A stretch of 64,000 bases of DNA, from assembly GCF_009914755.1 (NCBI RefSeq), contig NC_060926.1. The stretch is one strand, 5' to 3'. Origin of the DNA: the human T2T-CHM13v2.0 reference genome, Homo sapiens. Of the stretch, positions 1 to 13,886 are shown piece after piece. The notes beneath the pieces are model-generated. The model had not been told where the DNA came from. It saw nothing but the letters and a program-made list of their open reading frames with translations, and made no database searches. The position numbers and the translations under genes are program-made. Positions within the stretch are counted from its first letter, which is position 1. The number at the start of each line of letters is the position of its first letter.

Positions 1-1363
1 GAATAACTGGGGTGGTAGAGGGAACTATGCAATTGCACTTAAAAGTTGGCTCTGCAGATGAGCCTACTCTAAGCATATTAAGGAATTTGTGAGTGTGGGT
101 GATGTTTAGAAAAAAATGGTCTCTGGTCTCTCCCCAGCATGCGGTCCCTTGTCCCTGGGAGGGATGACTCTGCTTTGGCTGCTTGAGGCCTGATCATGGA
201 CTTTTAGGGATGGTGACGATGTCCCACCACCCGTGGCTTCTCAGGTGGCCTGTGGTCCTTCCCGCCCTAGCTTGAGTTCACTCAGGAGGCTGTTCTTTCT
301 AGGGTCACACTGCCCCTCTTTCTTTCACTGCTGACCCACAGAGCAGGGTCCCTTCTGTCCCTCTTGCAGCCTTAGCATCCCTATCCCCTCCTGAAGTCCT
401 AAATGTAGCTTTTGTGCTTTGGGGTATATTCCCGTTACTTAATGATGATTTACAATGTCATGCTCCTGCCCTTGTGTCTGGACATCAATCCCTACATGGC
501 CTTAAGCATTTGCCTTTGGTGGCAAAATTTCTGACAACTAAGTTTGTCTTAGGAATGCATGGTCTTAATGCAAAAAAAAAAAAGAAAAGAAAAAAAAAGG
601 CTAAAATGTATACCCTTGAATGATATATTAAAAAAATACCAGATGGAATTTGAGTTGGTTCTTATCTGACCTCTTTTTAAATGAGGGCCAAATGTTGAGG
701 AAAAGCATGTTAAAATTTTTAAACTAACTATTTACAATGATATTGAAATTTAAAGGTAAACTGTACTAACTCCTTCAAGTTTACACACAAGGAGTTTACA
801 TTCAGCCAAAACATTCTTTGAACGAATCAGATTAGGACCATTATCATTGATGTAATTTATAAAATCACTTAAAATAACCAAAAATAGTTTTTAACACATT
901 TCAAACAGATTTTTCTTAAAAACAAAACAAAACAAAACAAAGCAGTCTTTTGATTAAAGAGAAAAGGTGCCCCACTCCTAAGGAAACTAAATACACTTAG
1001 GAGAAAAAGAACTTTGCTGAAGCTGCTTGCTATTTACCACATATTTTTATAACTAATAAATGCCTTTGCTCCCCACCTTCCTGCTCTACTTCCTTCTCCC
1101 AAAGGTTTCTCAGAGCATAACCACACTATGCTTTATTCTGCTGTTTTTCTGAAGCTAGGGTAAAAGCAGTCTTAAAAACACATGCTTCAAACCTCATCTG
1201 GTCCTCTCTCTGACCGTTCCAGCCCTTGACTTTGAAAATGACTTAATTTGTAGACGCAACAATTAGCATGACAAGCACCAAATGAGTTTCTGAAGCATTT
1301 GAAAATTTTTTCATTGTCTGAGTAAGCGGCAGCATCTGTATGTGGTGTAATTTGTATTTGCAG

Positions 1364-1479
1364 GACGTGGAGGCGAATACAGTCAGACTTAAAGAACATG
1401 ACCAAGATGTCTTGGTGCTGGAGAAGGTCCCAGCAGGGAACAGAGCTTCTAATCAAGGAAACTCACAGCCTCAGCAAAA
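1364..1479 (+). CDS. RAPGEF4: RAPGEF4/Epac2 coding exon (~exon 15); end of cAMP-binding region with VLVLE motif
   Basis: ttgcag|GAC acceptor, AA|gtatgt donor. Translates [38 protein letters not shown](K), matching Epac2 as recalled. 116 nt; phase fits the next exon. Confidence 0.97.
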
Positions 1480-4400
1480 GTATGTTTGCATCCAACACTG
1501 TAATTGCCAGACTATGATTAACCTTTTCACATGGTATCATCATTTCTACAATAGCATGTTCTCCTTTTTTGTGGAAGATGGCAGTGTATGTGACTTTTTT
1601 CCTCTCTATTGACTAATCACACATCTTGTGGAGTATAATGTATCCATTTCTGGCACAGCATTGAGCCGGGTGCTGCCTAGAGTAATTCGGGAGAGAATAT
1701 TCCTTTACTCTAAAAACCACTCTTTGTATACAGTGTTCAACTGTAATAGCTGTGGAACAGAAGGCGTGTGAGAGAACAATGGGAATAGCAATGCCAGGCA
1801 GCTCAAAGGATATGAAGGCCCCTGGGTGATGAGAACTTTTGGTATTTGAATTTCGTATGCAGGATTTCGCGTGAAGTGTTTTCCTCTTGTTATCAGAATG
1901 AGCGTCTTTGATGGAAACCCAGACTTCCAATATAAAACAGTCTATTGATTTCAGCCCAGAAGCATCCATTTGGCCTCATTCATACTTTCCTGCTAATGTC
2001 AAAAGGCCATTAGCTTCACATTTCTCAGATGTCCTGTTTAACTTGAGTCTTTTTCAGCATACCGATGTTCAGTTCCAGCTTTTGCTGCAACTTACTACAT
2101 AAGACTGCATCAAATGTACCAACATTTGAGTGGTAAGACAGAATAGAAAATGTGGCTCTAAGAAATTACAGAAAATTGCAGAATCTAGTTTTTAAAATGG
2201 AGATTAATTTTCAATCTTAGTGTAATAAAAACACCAATTCTGTAGCTAAAGAAATGTTGCCCAATAATATGTTGAAGGAGAATGCATCTCAAGTAATTTT
2301 CCTTTGTTTGCCAAATAAGCAAGATGTTTCCTTTATCAAGGCATTCACCATAAATGATTAATTTTTATTGTTTAGACTAAAAGTCTAAGGCCCAGACATT
2401 TTCATTTGGGTGAATCAACATATTTGCAAAGAGGGCAGGAAAAAAGATAATATTATTAAATAGCCATAGTATATTTTGCAGATTTTATAGGATTCTTATC
2501 ATATTACAACACCTTTTAAAAGATGGAGAAATTTATGCTCAGAGCCACAAGTTACTTGCCCAAGGTCTCAAAGCTTGTAATGGCAGAGCTTGGATTCAAG
2601 TCCAGCTTGACCAGTTTTCACATGCCTATCCCCCTTCCACCTGACAGCTTACTATAACAAAATATAGTAGATAAGACTACATACTCAACACTGTTTAGTA
2701 AATATTGCAAACCACTCCATATCGAAAGAACTGACATCAAAAGGACTATGTAAAAAAACTACCTGTCACTTACAAAACTATAAAATTACCATAGAAATTT
2801 CCTTATTATTTATTGTTTTCTACTGTCTGTTCTTGAAATTGTTCTTGCCCAAATGTTTTTAACAGTTTTCCTTCCAGTCCACTAAGGAGGATAAGAATGA
2901 AAACATTTTTTTAATGTGAAGGTTGGGACTGCTTCTAGTGATTTTCTTTGGTTCCCTTAAATACCTGGTGTTTTATCTGTATTTTAAACTAATGCTTCAG
3001 ATGTCTGGGGAAAATTATGCTTACTGAAAAGGCAAGCCTTGAGAATTCTCCTTAACCTAGAAACATCTGATCAAGAGGTTCCCTGGAGGTCCCCTTGCTT
3101 GACTTCTTCATGTCATTGGGGAATGATCAAAAGCATTTGCCTGTTACAATGGCTTTCATTCAGGGTGTTCTCCAAATATAGGTTTCTTATGAAATCAAAC
3201 TAAAAGGAATGGAAAAGAAGAGACCGTATGTTTTATTATTTTAGGCCTGATCTGATTTTCTATTATATCTCCTTATTTGTGTCCTGTATTCCAATCCAAA
3301 TTTCTTCCGCAATTCAAAAACTTATGCATGTTCACAATGAGCCATTTAAGAAATATCAGTGAGTACAAATTAATGTACCACACATAATCATTTCCCTGAA
3401 GAATGAAAAGCTGCTCTCTCAAGGGGTCATTTTCCATGTTGAGCTTTCCCAAATGAGACCAGAGTTGAAGGGGAGGGGGGCATGTAGATAAATATGGGGC
3501 TGATATTCCGGACTTCAAAAATGTGGCATCAACCATGTGTATGGATGGACTTAAAATTTAGGAAGCTGTAGGGCCTCTCCTCAGAAATTATCCTTTTTGA
3601 GCTCAAAAAGGGTCACCATGTTGGTGCTGCTAATAATGTTATTTTTCTGGTTCATTTTTTTCCCTGAAAAATCCAGAATAGTTTATGTGCACATTTTTAA
3701 CTTTCAAAACCTCCTGACTCTACCTAAGCATCTCAACTCTGAGTGTGATATTAAAAATGTCAATAATAAGACAATATTTGCCATGAAGGATAAATTCCAT
3801 GGAGCCCTTAGTCGTTTACTGTTTCGCATGTCTTTCTGCTGTGTGGTTATGCGGGTTTAGTAAGAAAGAATTTGAAATGCATATTCCTGTTTTCGTTACT
3901 GTGTTGCTTTTATCTTAGACTGTTTTCTCATTGCTCAACTCCATCCTGTGTGCAGGAAGACAGTCTCTTTCAGGTCCCCTTCTCCACACCCTTCTCTATT
4001 CTAGGAACAGATTGTAGTGTCCTCATTTGCAGAAAAATATTTTATGTCAGAGGTTTAAAACTTCATAGCTTATATAATGTAACCAATTGGAGTTTGCTTT
4101 TAACTTGGACTAGAGTCGCTCTTTCATGAAATAAACTGAAAAGGGTCATGCTGTGTGGTCTTCAAGTGGTCCTGACCTCATTTTAAACAGAGGCCAAGCA
4201 GTAGGTGCCTGGCAGTGGACAGTGGGAAACAAAGCCGTCACGTGATGTTTCAGCCAAACCCAGAACCCCAAGAACCCAGAGGGCTGTGTCTGGCCAGAAG
4301 TTCCTGGCCCCTCCATCTTGGAGTCCCCCACCCTAAGGGAATGTTAGCACCTAATAGCCTTCTGTGGAGCTGTGAAGAGAAGCTGGGGTAAGGTGGCCAC

Positions 4401-5762
4401 AGCAACTGTACCACGAGAGGAAGTCTTTGGTAGCAAAAGAAAGATCCTGGGGGTCTCCGACTGGCCAGGTGGGCAGAGCTTAGAGAGGCCACTTTCTAGA
4501 GAGGTGATCAGGCATCTGGCTTGCCTCTCAGATCTCTATTACTTTTGACCAGCCATAATGCCCTAGCTAAAGGATGTCCAAACAAAGAATACCAGAATGT
4601 GAAGCCAACCTTCTAGTAGAATTAAACTTTTGACAAGGGGACACATTTTACAAACTGATGTATGAGTCACACGGCTAGCTATAGAGCTTGCAACTTCCCA
4701 GCAGCCTGGTGCCACGCGAAGTAACAGACTGGTTTTCCCCCCATTCAGTTTTCATGTTATGGAATGTACATATACTCCTATTGAAATAAAACTCGTTTTC
4801 AGAAACAAACTGAACAAGCCCTCTTTAGAGGAAGGTTGTTAATTACATGGAGAATTTCCTGTTCTGAAAAAGCTCCAGGTAGCTAGACCTGGTCTCCATG
4901 TGGAGCGTCTTGCTGTACAAGCAGAAAAGTGCCATGAAACTCATGCTTGTTCTCTGAAGCCAGACACACCTGGCTCATGTCAGAGGTCTCCCATTTACTA
5001 ACTCTGTGACCTGAGGCATGATGCCTCCCCGTCCTGAGCGGTCTCTCCATCTGCAGAATGAAGATAATATTTAACTAGCAGGAGTAAACAGGACGACCTT
5101 ATTCAGTGCCCACCTAGCTGTCTAGGGCATAGTAAACATTCGACAGATGTTGCTCTCTCTAACCCCGTTTCCTGATTAATGTGGCCAACGCTACTCTTCT
5201 TCCAGCTCATCTGGTGAGTGCTATCAAAGAATCATATATTTCAGGAATTACTGAATTAATTGAGCAATATTCTCTATTTCAATATCGAAAGTCATTTATA
5301 AATATGCCCTCTTCTTTCCTCAAATATGCATTGCCCACAAGAGGAAAAACCATTGTCTTCTACCTTATCTCTTTTGAGAAAGGGGTCAGACTTTTGAGAT
5401 GAAAGTAGACTATTTTTTTTTTTCTATTCCCCTTCTCTCCTCCTCTAGGCTCCAAAGCCAGGTTTCCTCAAAGACTTAACTGTTTAGCTTCCTTTTGGTC
5501 TTGTGCGCGCACTATAGTTTTAGCTAACAGCTGCCTTCCAGATAGACTGCATTGGCCACCTCATTCAATACCAGAGGTGCTCCCCTCACCATTTTCACAT
5601 GCACATATGTTAAAATGTCTGCACATCACTCCCTCAGGCCATGGGTTAAGATCCTGAGATTTAACAATATGTTAGAGTTACTCTTGGGATCTCAACACAC
5701 CTCAAAAGTCTCAAACAGGCAAGGAAACCAGAGCTGAATTCTCACTGCTTTCTGAACATTAG

Positions 5763-6125
<363 letters not shown>

Positions 6126-7011
6126 CCTACTTGCCTGTTATTTTTAAGTGAAATTCCAAGCAGAAAAGCAAAGCCTGAGTTTTGGAAGAGAAGCACTCAG
6201 ATCATCTGAATGTATTTTGTCTACAGCTCCCACATAGTAGTGTTTTGTCACTGTCTTGAGTATGATTTTGAAACAGTTCACATGCAACTTAAAAAATAAA
6301 TCCTCCTGTGTTAATTGAAGAACACCATGGAAAGATCTTCTGAAATAATGTCTAATATAACCCCCAGTAATTTATATCTGGCATTGAAATAAATTATAAG
6401 GATTTTCTACTGCTGATTTATTTCCCATTCATGATCTACTGGGGTTTGTTTGTTTGCTCATCAGTGTTATGGGGTTTTGTTTGCTTTCTCTCGTTTTATT
6501 ATTAGCTGAATTTCCAAAGCACATACCAGTGTACAGTTGGGAAAGACAGAGCATTCCAGAAATAGGCGGGGGAATCCAGTGTGGGAAGAAGTTTTGCTAT
6601 GAGTAACCCATATATGGATAACCTAGCTTACTCTCACTTCCCCTTACCAGCTCCCCCTGCCTGACCTGAACTGCCCTGGGTTTTACATGTTCCTTTTTAT
6701 TCTCCTTTGGAAAAAAGACTGAAGTTTCTCAGTTCCCAGCCTGCTAAAGCTGCTCTTCAAGAAGTTTACCTTATTTCCATATAGGGAAAAAAGAACAGTG
6801 TTTGTAGTAACGACTTCACTTTGTGGGTTTTCTGTTTGTTTGTTTTGTCTTCTTGTGTGACTTTGACAAAGTGTGTGGTCTCTCTTACCATGAAAGGTAT
6901 ATGGTTCCCTGGGATCTCAAATTAAAAAAAAAAAAAACTTAGATAAGTAAAAGTTTTTTTAATGATTTGCCCACTTTTGAAAAATTAATGGCATTTTTGT
7001 TTCTTATCCAG

Positions 7012-7100
7012 GTATACTGTGATGTCAGGAACACCTGAAAAAATTTTAGAGCATTTTCTAGAAACAATACGCCTTGAGGCAACTTTAAATGAAGCAACAG
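7012..7100 (+). CDS. RAPGEF4: RAPGEF4 exon (~16), start of REM domain
   Basis: atccag|G TAT ACT GTG ... ACA G|gtatac. (K)YTVMSGTPEKILEHFLETIRLEATLNEAT(D). 89 nt. Confidence 0.97.
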
Positions 7101-7547
7101 GTATACACATAGAACCGTTTGCATGTCCATTAAATCCATGCATAGCATTGTTTAAAAGTCCTGAATTCATTTGCAGTGTGTATAGCGAAAGCAGTTTGGG
7201 AAGGGGATTCTGTGTATTGATATTTGAAAAGCATCTCTGTGTGACCTGACTGGGAACAGTCCTTCTGACTGTCCTCTTCCCTCCCCAATCCTGACTGTTC
7301 TCTAGAAATGACTCAGCCTCATTTCTACATACTATGCCTCATCTTCCCTAGGCATCTCTCTCTTAAGTTATTCAAATCCCACCTTCTATAGGCATCTATT
7401 GGGTTTATCATACATCCTACCTATTCCCACGAAGGATTTGAAGCTGCCTACATAAAAGGTACAGCCTTGCTCCAGTTGGGAGTAAGATACTTCTCTCTGC
7501 AGTTGTTGTAGAGTCCAGCTGCTCTAGAATATAACTAAATGCCACCA

Positions 7548-8033
7548 TTCGTTTGCTAGGGCTGCCCTAATGAACTACCACCAACTGGGTAGCTCAAGCA
7601 ACAAAATTATATTGTCTTACAGTTCTAGAGGCTAGAAATCCTAGCTGAAGGTGATATTTGGGTTGGTTCCTTTTGAAGGCTGTGAAGGAGAATCTGTTCC
7701 ATGCCTCTCTCCTAGCCTCCTGTGGTTTGCAGGCTATCTTTGGCATCCTTTGGCTTGTAGATGCATCATCCGGATCTCTGCCCTCATGTTCACACAGCAT
7801 TCTCCCTGTGACTCTTCACATAGCCTTCCCTCTGTGCCTGTCTGTCTCTGGGTCCAAGGTTACCCCTTTTTATAAGGATGGCAGTCATATTGGATTAAGG
7901 CCCTCATTAAGGACCTCACCTTAACTTGACCACATCTGCAAAGACCCTATTTCCAAAGACGATTATATTCTGAGATACTGGAGGTTAGTTCTTCAACATA
8001 TCTTTTTGGGGGGATACAATTCAACACATAACA
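7548..8033 (-). mobile_element. MaLR solo LTR (MLT1B/C-like)
   Basis: Typical MLT1 motifs: gggctgcc...cagttctagaggctagaa...cttttataagga...ggattaaggcc...ggggatacaattcaac. Subfamily from memory. Confidence 0.8.
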
Positions 8034-8977
8034 TCTGCTTACAGTGAGTCAGTCTTGTTACCTAAGACACAGAAATTCTAGGGTGAATAAAACAAATCTC
8101 ACCAGTGAACTAAGTGTTCAGAGTTATAAAATTGTGTTCCACTTTGGTTACCATCTTGTATATGACTTTGCAACAGCCCACACGCAACGTGTTTTTTTTT
8201 TAATCCTATGCTACTGCCTGTCTCTCAGAATAATGTTGTGGGTTAATATTTTAAGCACATTGAGCTCCATAGAAGAGCCTTTCTCACTAAAAGAAGTTCA
8301 GAGATTTATCTCAAAAACTTAGTTCAAAATCCATTTCCATAATTGACCTTTGCTATATATTCAAGTTGAAGATATCATTATTATTATTATATACCTCCTA
8401 AAGGTATTTTACCACTGAATTCTTATTTTATCTTCTCATTCCAGTTTCTCATTTTATACATAGATTACCTGAGGTTTTTTATGTAGCAAATTAATTAGGG
8501 TATAGTAGATATAATCGTCAGGATCACTGGCTCCAGGCCAATTATTCTCAGGTCAATATTTGTTGAGTATCTTGTTGGGCAGACACTAAGCTAGATGCTT
8601 TGGACTAGGCAATGTGAACAAGGAATCATTCTCCTGCCTTCAGGAAGCTTATAATCTGTTAGAAGACATAAAGGAATGTGCACATAACTTGAATATAAGG
8701 CAGAATGTGGTTAGTGCTTCAGGGACACTGACTAGGTGAGGGATCTAGAAAAGTATCATGGAAAATATAGAGTGGCCCTGAAGGAGGCTGGTAACCAGTA
8801 ATTAGAGATAGGGACAAAGCCATCCATACTAAGGGATAATATTAGCACTGACCTAGAAATAGACAGGGAAGAGTGAGTGGTCGGATTTTTACTGGACTAT
8901 TGTATACGTAAGTTGGAAAACGAAGGAAAGGTTTAAGAATTGGGGTATAGATCTTAGAGAGTCTTAAATGTAAAGCC

Positions 8978-9117
8978 GGCTGGGTGCAGTGGCTCATGCC
9001 TGTAATCCCAGCACTTTGGGGGCCAAGGCGGGAGGATCACTGGAGCCCAGGAGTTTGAGGCTACAGTGAGCTATGATCATGCCACTGCACTCCAGCTTGC
9101 ACAACAACAACAAAAAG
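8978..9117 (+). mobile_element. Alu monomer (FLAM-like)
   Basis: ggctgggtgcagtggctcatgcctgtaatcccagc...gccactgcactccagc followed by an A-rich tail; single arm only. Confidence 0.85.
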
Positions 9118-11279
9118 GTAGAGCCAAGCACTGGGAAGTGGTTGAAGATGTCTGAGCAAGAAGAACATGATAAGAACTATGCTGGAGAAAAGTTACTCCA
9201 TATTTAGTATAGAGAAACTGTTGAAGAACCGGTTATGTGAGGATAGCTACCAAGAGCCATATGTAACCTCAAATAAACCAAATTTCCAGGACCATGGGTC
9301 AGGAAAAAATGCAGCTGATTTTTTCCCTCTGATTAACTGTTTGCCCAGAATGTGTGATTGCATAATGCAAGAATCAGCATCTTACCTAAGGTATATATTG
9401 ACTCAAAAAAATATATATTCTGGTACATTAGAGACTGTGGCATCTAAGGAATGAGCTATAAGATCTTTACCACCCATGAAGGGCAAGTATAGCCTTCCTT
9501 TCAAGTCACCTCTAAAAGAGATGGAGATTGGATTATTGCTGCTGCTTCTGCTTCTTTTGTTTAGTTTTGTTTTTTTAATTACTGTTCCTTGCAGAGCAGG
9601 GCTAACCCATGGGCAGTGTGCCAAGAGTAGCCTGATTATTCCTTCTTCATCAAAAAAATTAAAGCCTAGAAATCAGTGTATTCTAAGGCTGGCGTGTGGG
9701 ATGTGATTCTTGACCCTTCCATTTTTGATGGTAGAGACTAGGCTAACATCATAATTTAATATTGAACTTCATTTCCTGCAGTTTTTCCTGATATTTTTTT
9801 CCTACAAGTAATGTTTATGCCTTGGAGATAAAGAACAAACCAGTATCTTTCTCATAAATCAGAAATACAAATGTGCCTCCCTCCTGTCCTGGACACTAAA
9901 TAATCCTAGGGTAGGTCCACGAAATTTGTGGATATACCAGAGTAGGAGACCTTTGGCAGTTATAGATTTACAGTACAGTAAGAAAGGTCAGAGTTACCGT
10001 GAAAGTTGTTTACATCATAAAAATGCACACTGCTGAATTTGACATTACACTCTCTTAATTTACCAAAAATCTGTTTTCTACCTGAGACCTATTAGTTCTT
10101 ATATTTTTACTTTTAAAACCAGCATTAGTCATGGAGTGACTTGGTAAATCATCTTCTAGTAGGAAGTGATGTTTTAAATTAGTTCTTAAGCAAATTTTAA
10201 CCTATAAATTAGATTTCCAGTGTTCATGTTTTTGATGAACTTACATTGGCAAAGTCTGAATCAGTGACTAAATGTTTAACCATGATTCTCATTTAAATAT
10301 AAGTGATGAGTGTAATCCCAAGCTGTCATCACTCAGTGTCACCAGTCACCTTCAGTCTCATTATACTGAGAAGCAGAGAAGGTGCCAGACAGAAGAGTTG
10401 CTACATGTGAGGAGAGAGCCGGAAAGCCACACTGAAATGTGAGCTGAGTGGTTGGCCATGTTAACTGACTCCCTCCCCAGCCTTGGAGCACCCAAGTCAA
10501 GTCTCTGCTTTAGCAAACTTTAAACTACCGGATAGTACAGACTCCTGGGTGCATATAAGCAAGTATTACCTCCTCTGTTCTCAGGAATATATAAAACATA
10601 TCAAGATGGTGCTAGATGTTAAGCTCAGGCAAGCCAAAATCCTTTGGTACATTAAAAAAAATATTTTCTTGCAGCCTCTGTCTGACACCTTCTCTGCTTC
10701 TTCTCTGGCTCAGTATAACGGGACTGAAGACCTGGTGACATTGAGTTGTGACAGCTTGGTATTACACTCATCAGTTATATTTAAATGACTATGTATAATG
10801 GTTAAACCTTTAGTAACTGACTCAGACTTCACCAATAAAATTTCATTAAAAACATGGACAACATTTGGCAATCTAATTTATAGCATTAAAATGTACGTAT
10901 TTCTCACCATTTTCCATTTAAGATGAGCGTCACAATCTCAGACAGTGTATTTCATGTTTTCCCGGGAAATGTCATGGCATCTTGGGTTCCAAGTTCTGAT
11001 GGGCATAGTCCTGAGGTTTTTAGGTTTGCCTTCATGAGCTTTCCCATCTGGCTAGCCAGGGCATGTTGTCTGCAATGAAGAACCAGCATCAAATTCAATG
11101 ACGAAGTAAATGAAGCTTATTTGGGGGACCTGCCTTACTTCCCTTGCCAACCCCCTGCTTCCTTACCTACAAAATAGTTTCACATATAGGACAGTCACCA
11201 TTTGAATCCACCAGCTTCTGTTTTGTTAGCCTTTGTTTTGCTCTAGTTGCTGCTCACAGCCTTAATCTTGTTTTCTTTC

Positions 11280-11310
<31 letters not shown>

Positions 11311-11799
11311 GCTGCTTCTTTCTCCCCTCACCAATTCTCTGCTCTTACCACGTCCTGATTCTGTAATTCTATTGTCCTCCTACCTTTCATTGCTTCTTTT
11401 GGAAATAGGAGGTGAAAAAGACATAAAAGAGAAAGGATTTTGAAAAAACAAATACGGTATAAACAAAGAAACGACCATGTCTTCGTTCTGCATGTATGGT
11501 ACTGCCCTTTAAGTACATAGATTTTAAAATCTTTGGTGGCTAAGGTACCCAGTGCCATTTGTACAAGGCTGTCTCTCTTTAAAATATTATACTTTTTGTC
11601 CATTGTCATAAGAAACTGATTTTCATCTCAATCTCTGTCAACACCATTATTTATATGAAGTGCTTCCATGTAAAGTAAACTCATGCCCCAAACCAATGTG
11701 TTAGAACCAATGACTAAGAACAAGTGAATGGATACTCTTGCTTTCCTAAAGATTTCCACAAGAACCTAATTTCCTTTTCTGTTTTTTTTCCCCTTCCAG

Positions 11800-11878
11800 A
11801 TTCTGTTTTAAATGACTTTATTATGATGCACTGTGTTTTTATGCCAAATACCCAGCTTTGCCCGGCACTGGTGGCCCA
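11800..11878 (+). CDS. RAPGEF4: RAPGEF4 exon (~17), REM domain; followed by a U12 AT-AC donor
   Basis: cccttccag|AT TCT ... GCC CA|atatcctttt. (D)[25 protein letters not shown](H). 79 nt. Confidence 0.96.
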
Positions 11879-12114
11879 ATATCCTTTTATTGTGATTGTA
11901 AGTCCCTATTCCCTCGAAGACAACCCCCCCTATCGAGGGCCATTCTTATCTCATCTTCTGCAGGTAAGTCATGGCCCAGGCAGAGTTGTGCATTCCACCC
12001 TCATCACATTGAAATGTGTTTTCCCACATTTCCCACAGTTTTCCCCTGTACAGACTCTAGCTCTGCCTGGCAGAGGTCTGCTGTGCCATGTTTAAGGATT
12101 TCCTCCTTGTTACC

Positions 12115-12476
12115 TGTATTGGGCCATTCTTTCATTGCTATAAAGAAATACCCGAGGCTGGGTAATTTATAAGAAAAGAGGTTTAATTGACTGGCAGTTC
12201 TGCTAGGAAGTATCGTGCCAGCCTCTGTTTCTGGGGAGGACTTGGGGAAGTTACAATTGTGGCTGAAGGTGAAGGGGGAGCAGGAGCGAGGTGGGGGAGG
12301 TGGCAAACACTTTTAAACGACCAGATCTCATGAGAATTCACTATCTCAAGGACAGCACCAAGACACGAGGGATCCACCCCCATGAACCAAACACCTCCCA
12401 CCAGGCCCACCTCCAGCATTGAGGATTACATTTCAACATGAGATATGGGCAGGGACAAACATCCAAACTGTACCAT
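12115..12476 (-). mobile_element. MaLR solo LTR (MST/THE1-like)
   Basis: tgtatt...gctataaagaaatacccgaggctgggtaatttataagaaaagaggtttaattg...catccaaactgtacca. Confidence 0.85.
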
Positions 12477-13878
12477 TATCTGTGCAGAGAAGTGTGAACC
12501 AGCTTACCACAGGAAGGTGATGCTGGCAAAAAAAAAAAAAAAAAAAAAAAAATCCATTGCCTGGGAGGCAGGCTAGAAAGGGTTATGGAGAAGAACCTGG
12601 GAGTATTAGCAGGAATGGTTCCCTAACCTCAGAGACAGACTGTTCCCTGGCAGGGTGGACTGTGGTCGGCTTGTGTTCCTCCTCCGAGCTATGGTATTAA
12701 ATTGCTAAGCTGCTGAGATAAATACAAGTTATCACTGTAGGATAACTTTCTTTTCCCATTCATCCTCGTCTATCCTCTCCTCTAGATGCCAAAATTTCTT
12801 TCTTTGTTACTACTTTTTATTATCATCTTACTGACTTAAAGACCCAAAATTTGAAACTCCAGTGACAATTCCTCTCTATAGCTTGAAGGCCAAGTTTATT
12901 TGGGACAGCTTTTCAACAGTGTTTGGAATGGCCCAGTTGATGCTGGTATGTAGCACAGAGCAAACATTCTCAGAAAATGGGAGTGGAATAAAAGAAGTGG
13001 GTATTATTAATAAGCTTCACACTCAATTTTGGGAGCATGTGAAAGTATATTCTAAGATTTTGTTTTATTTTTAGAACAACAAAAATTTAGACCCCAAATC
13101 ACTTTGGCCCTTTTGAGCAGTTAAATATATTGAAGGAGAATGACTCTTTTATTCTTTCTTTTTTTTTTTTTTTAGGAATTCAGTGAATGTTGGCATGTTT
13201 TCCTCATTCAAGATTATAATTACCCTACCTGATTCTCATTTTCTTGTTCACTCATAATTCTCTTTGAAGTAAACAATGTATGAGGACAGGAGATTTGAGT
13301 TGAAGGTGCAACTCAGAGGCAGCTTCAAGAGGGAGATTTGTGTGTTTATTTGCCTGGAAACTGTTTTACCGAGTAATGATGGCTTAATGAGACTTACATA
13401 CATTATATATTTTTTCTGGCACATACTCAATTTTTCTCGAGTAAAATGAACAAATTCAGGATGTCTGTGCTCTTTTAACTCCATACGCACTAATCATTAT
13501 AGACCTTTGAGATTTGCTGGAAGGAAAAATAAAATCCACCATTGAGTTTAGACTTGGTTTTTTTTAGCAGATAAGCCTAAGGCAAACAAAACTCAAGGGC
13601 GAGTCAGCGAGTTCAGCGGGCCAAGGCCCGGCATCTTTACAAGTCCAAGCCCCAAACACTGCGCTTGTCTTTTTTTTTTTCAGATTCTAACTTCTTCGTG
13701 TATTAGCTTGTTCCCCTTCAAGAGTTGACTGAGAACATTCAAATCACTAACTTCTCTTTTTAAAATAGCGCTCTGGAGAGAAGGTCCGTTCCATGCCCAG
13801 GTAGGGAGGAGGGGGAAAAATGATACTGGCGGGCAGGGAGAGGGGAAGGCAAGAAAGCAAACAGGCGTGGAAGAGCTG

Positions 13879-13886
13879 TGACGTCA
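13879..13886. promoter_or_regulatory. Palindromic CRE motif TGACGTCA
   Basis: Exact 8-bp match in a locally CpG-retaining patch that does not look like a repeat. Function not shown. Confidence 0.4.

Noticed and set aside
3049-3056. Consensus U12 branch site TCCTTAAC
   Set aside because: The host intron is GT-AG with a U2-type donor, no U12 donor is seen upstream in the window, and no coding exon follows.
4237-4246. E-box GTCACGTGAT (USF/TFE-like)
   Set aside because: A single short motif with no other support; expected by chance at this window size.
11724-12095. 123-aa ORF as a standalone gene
   Set aside because: It is exon 11800-11878 plus intronic read-through; only its open frame matters, and that is used in the twintron finding.
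12527-12552. Isolated poly-A runs (also ~572-598 and ~61303-61321)
   Set aside because: No TSD or retro-copy body visible; simple repeats, mainly a risk of internal-priming artefacts.
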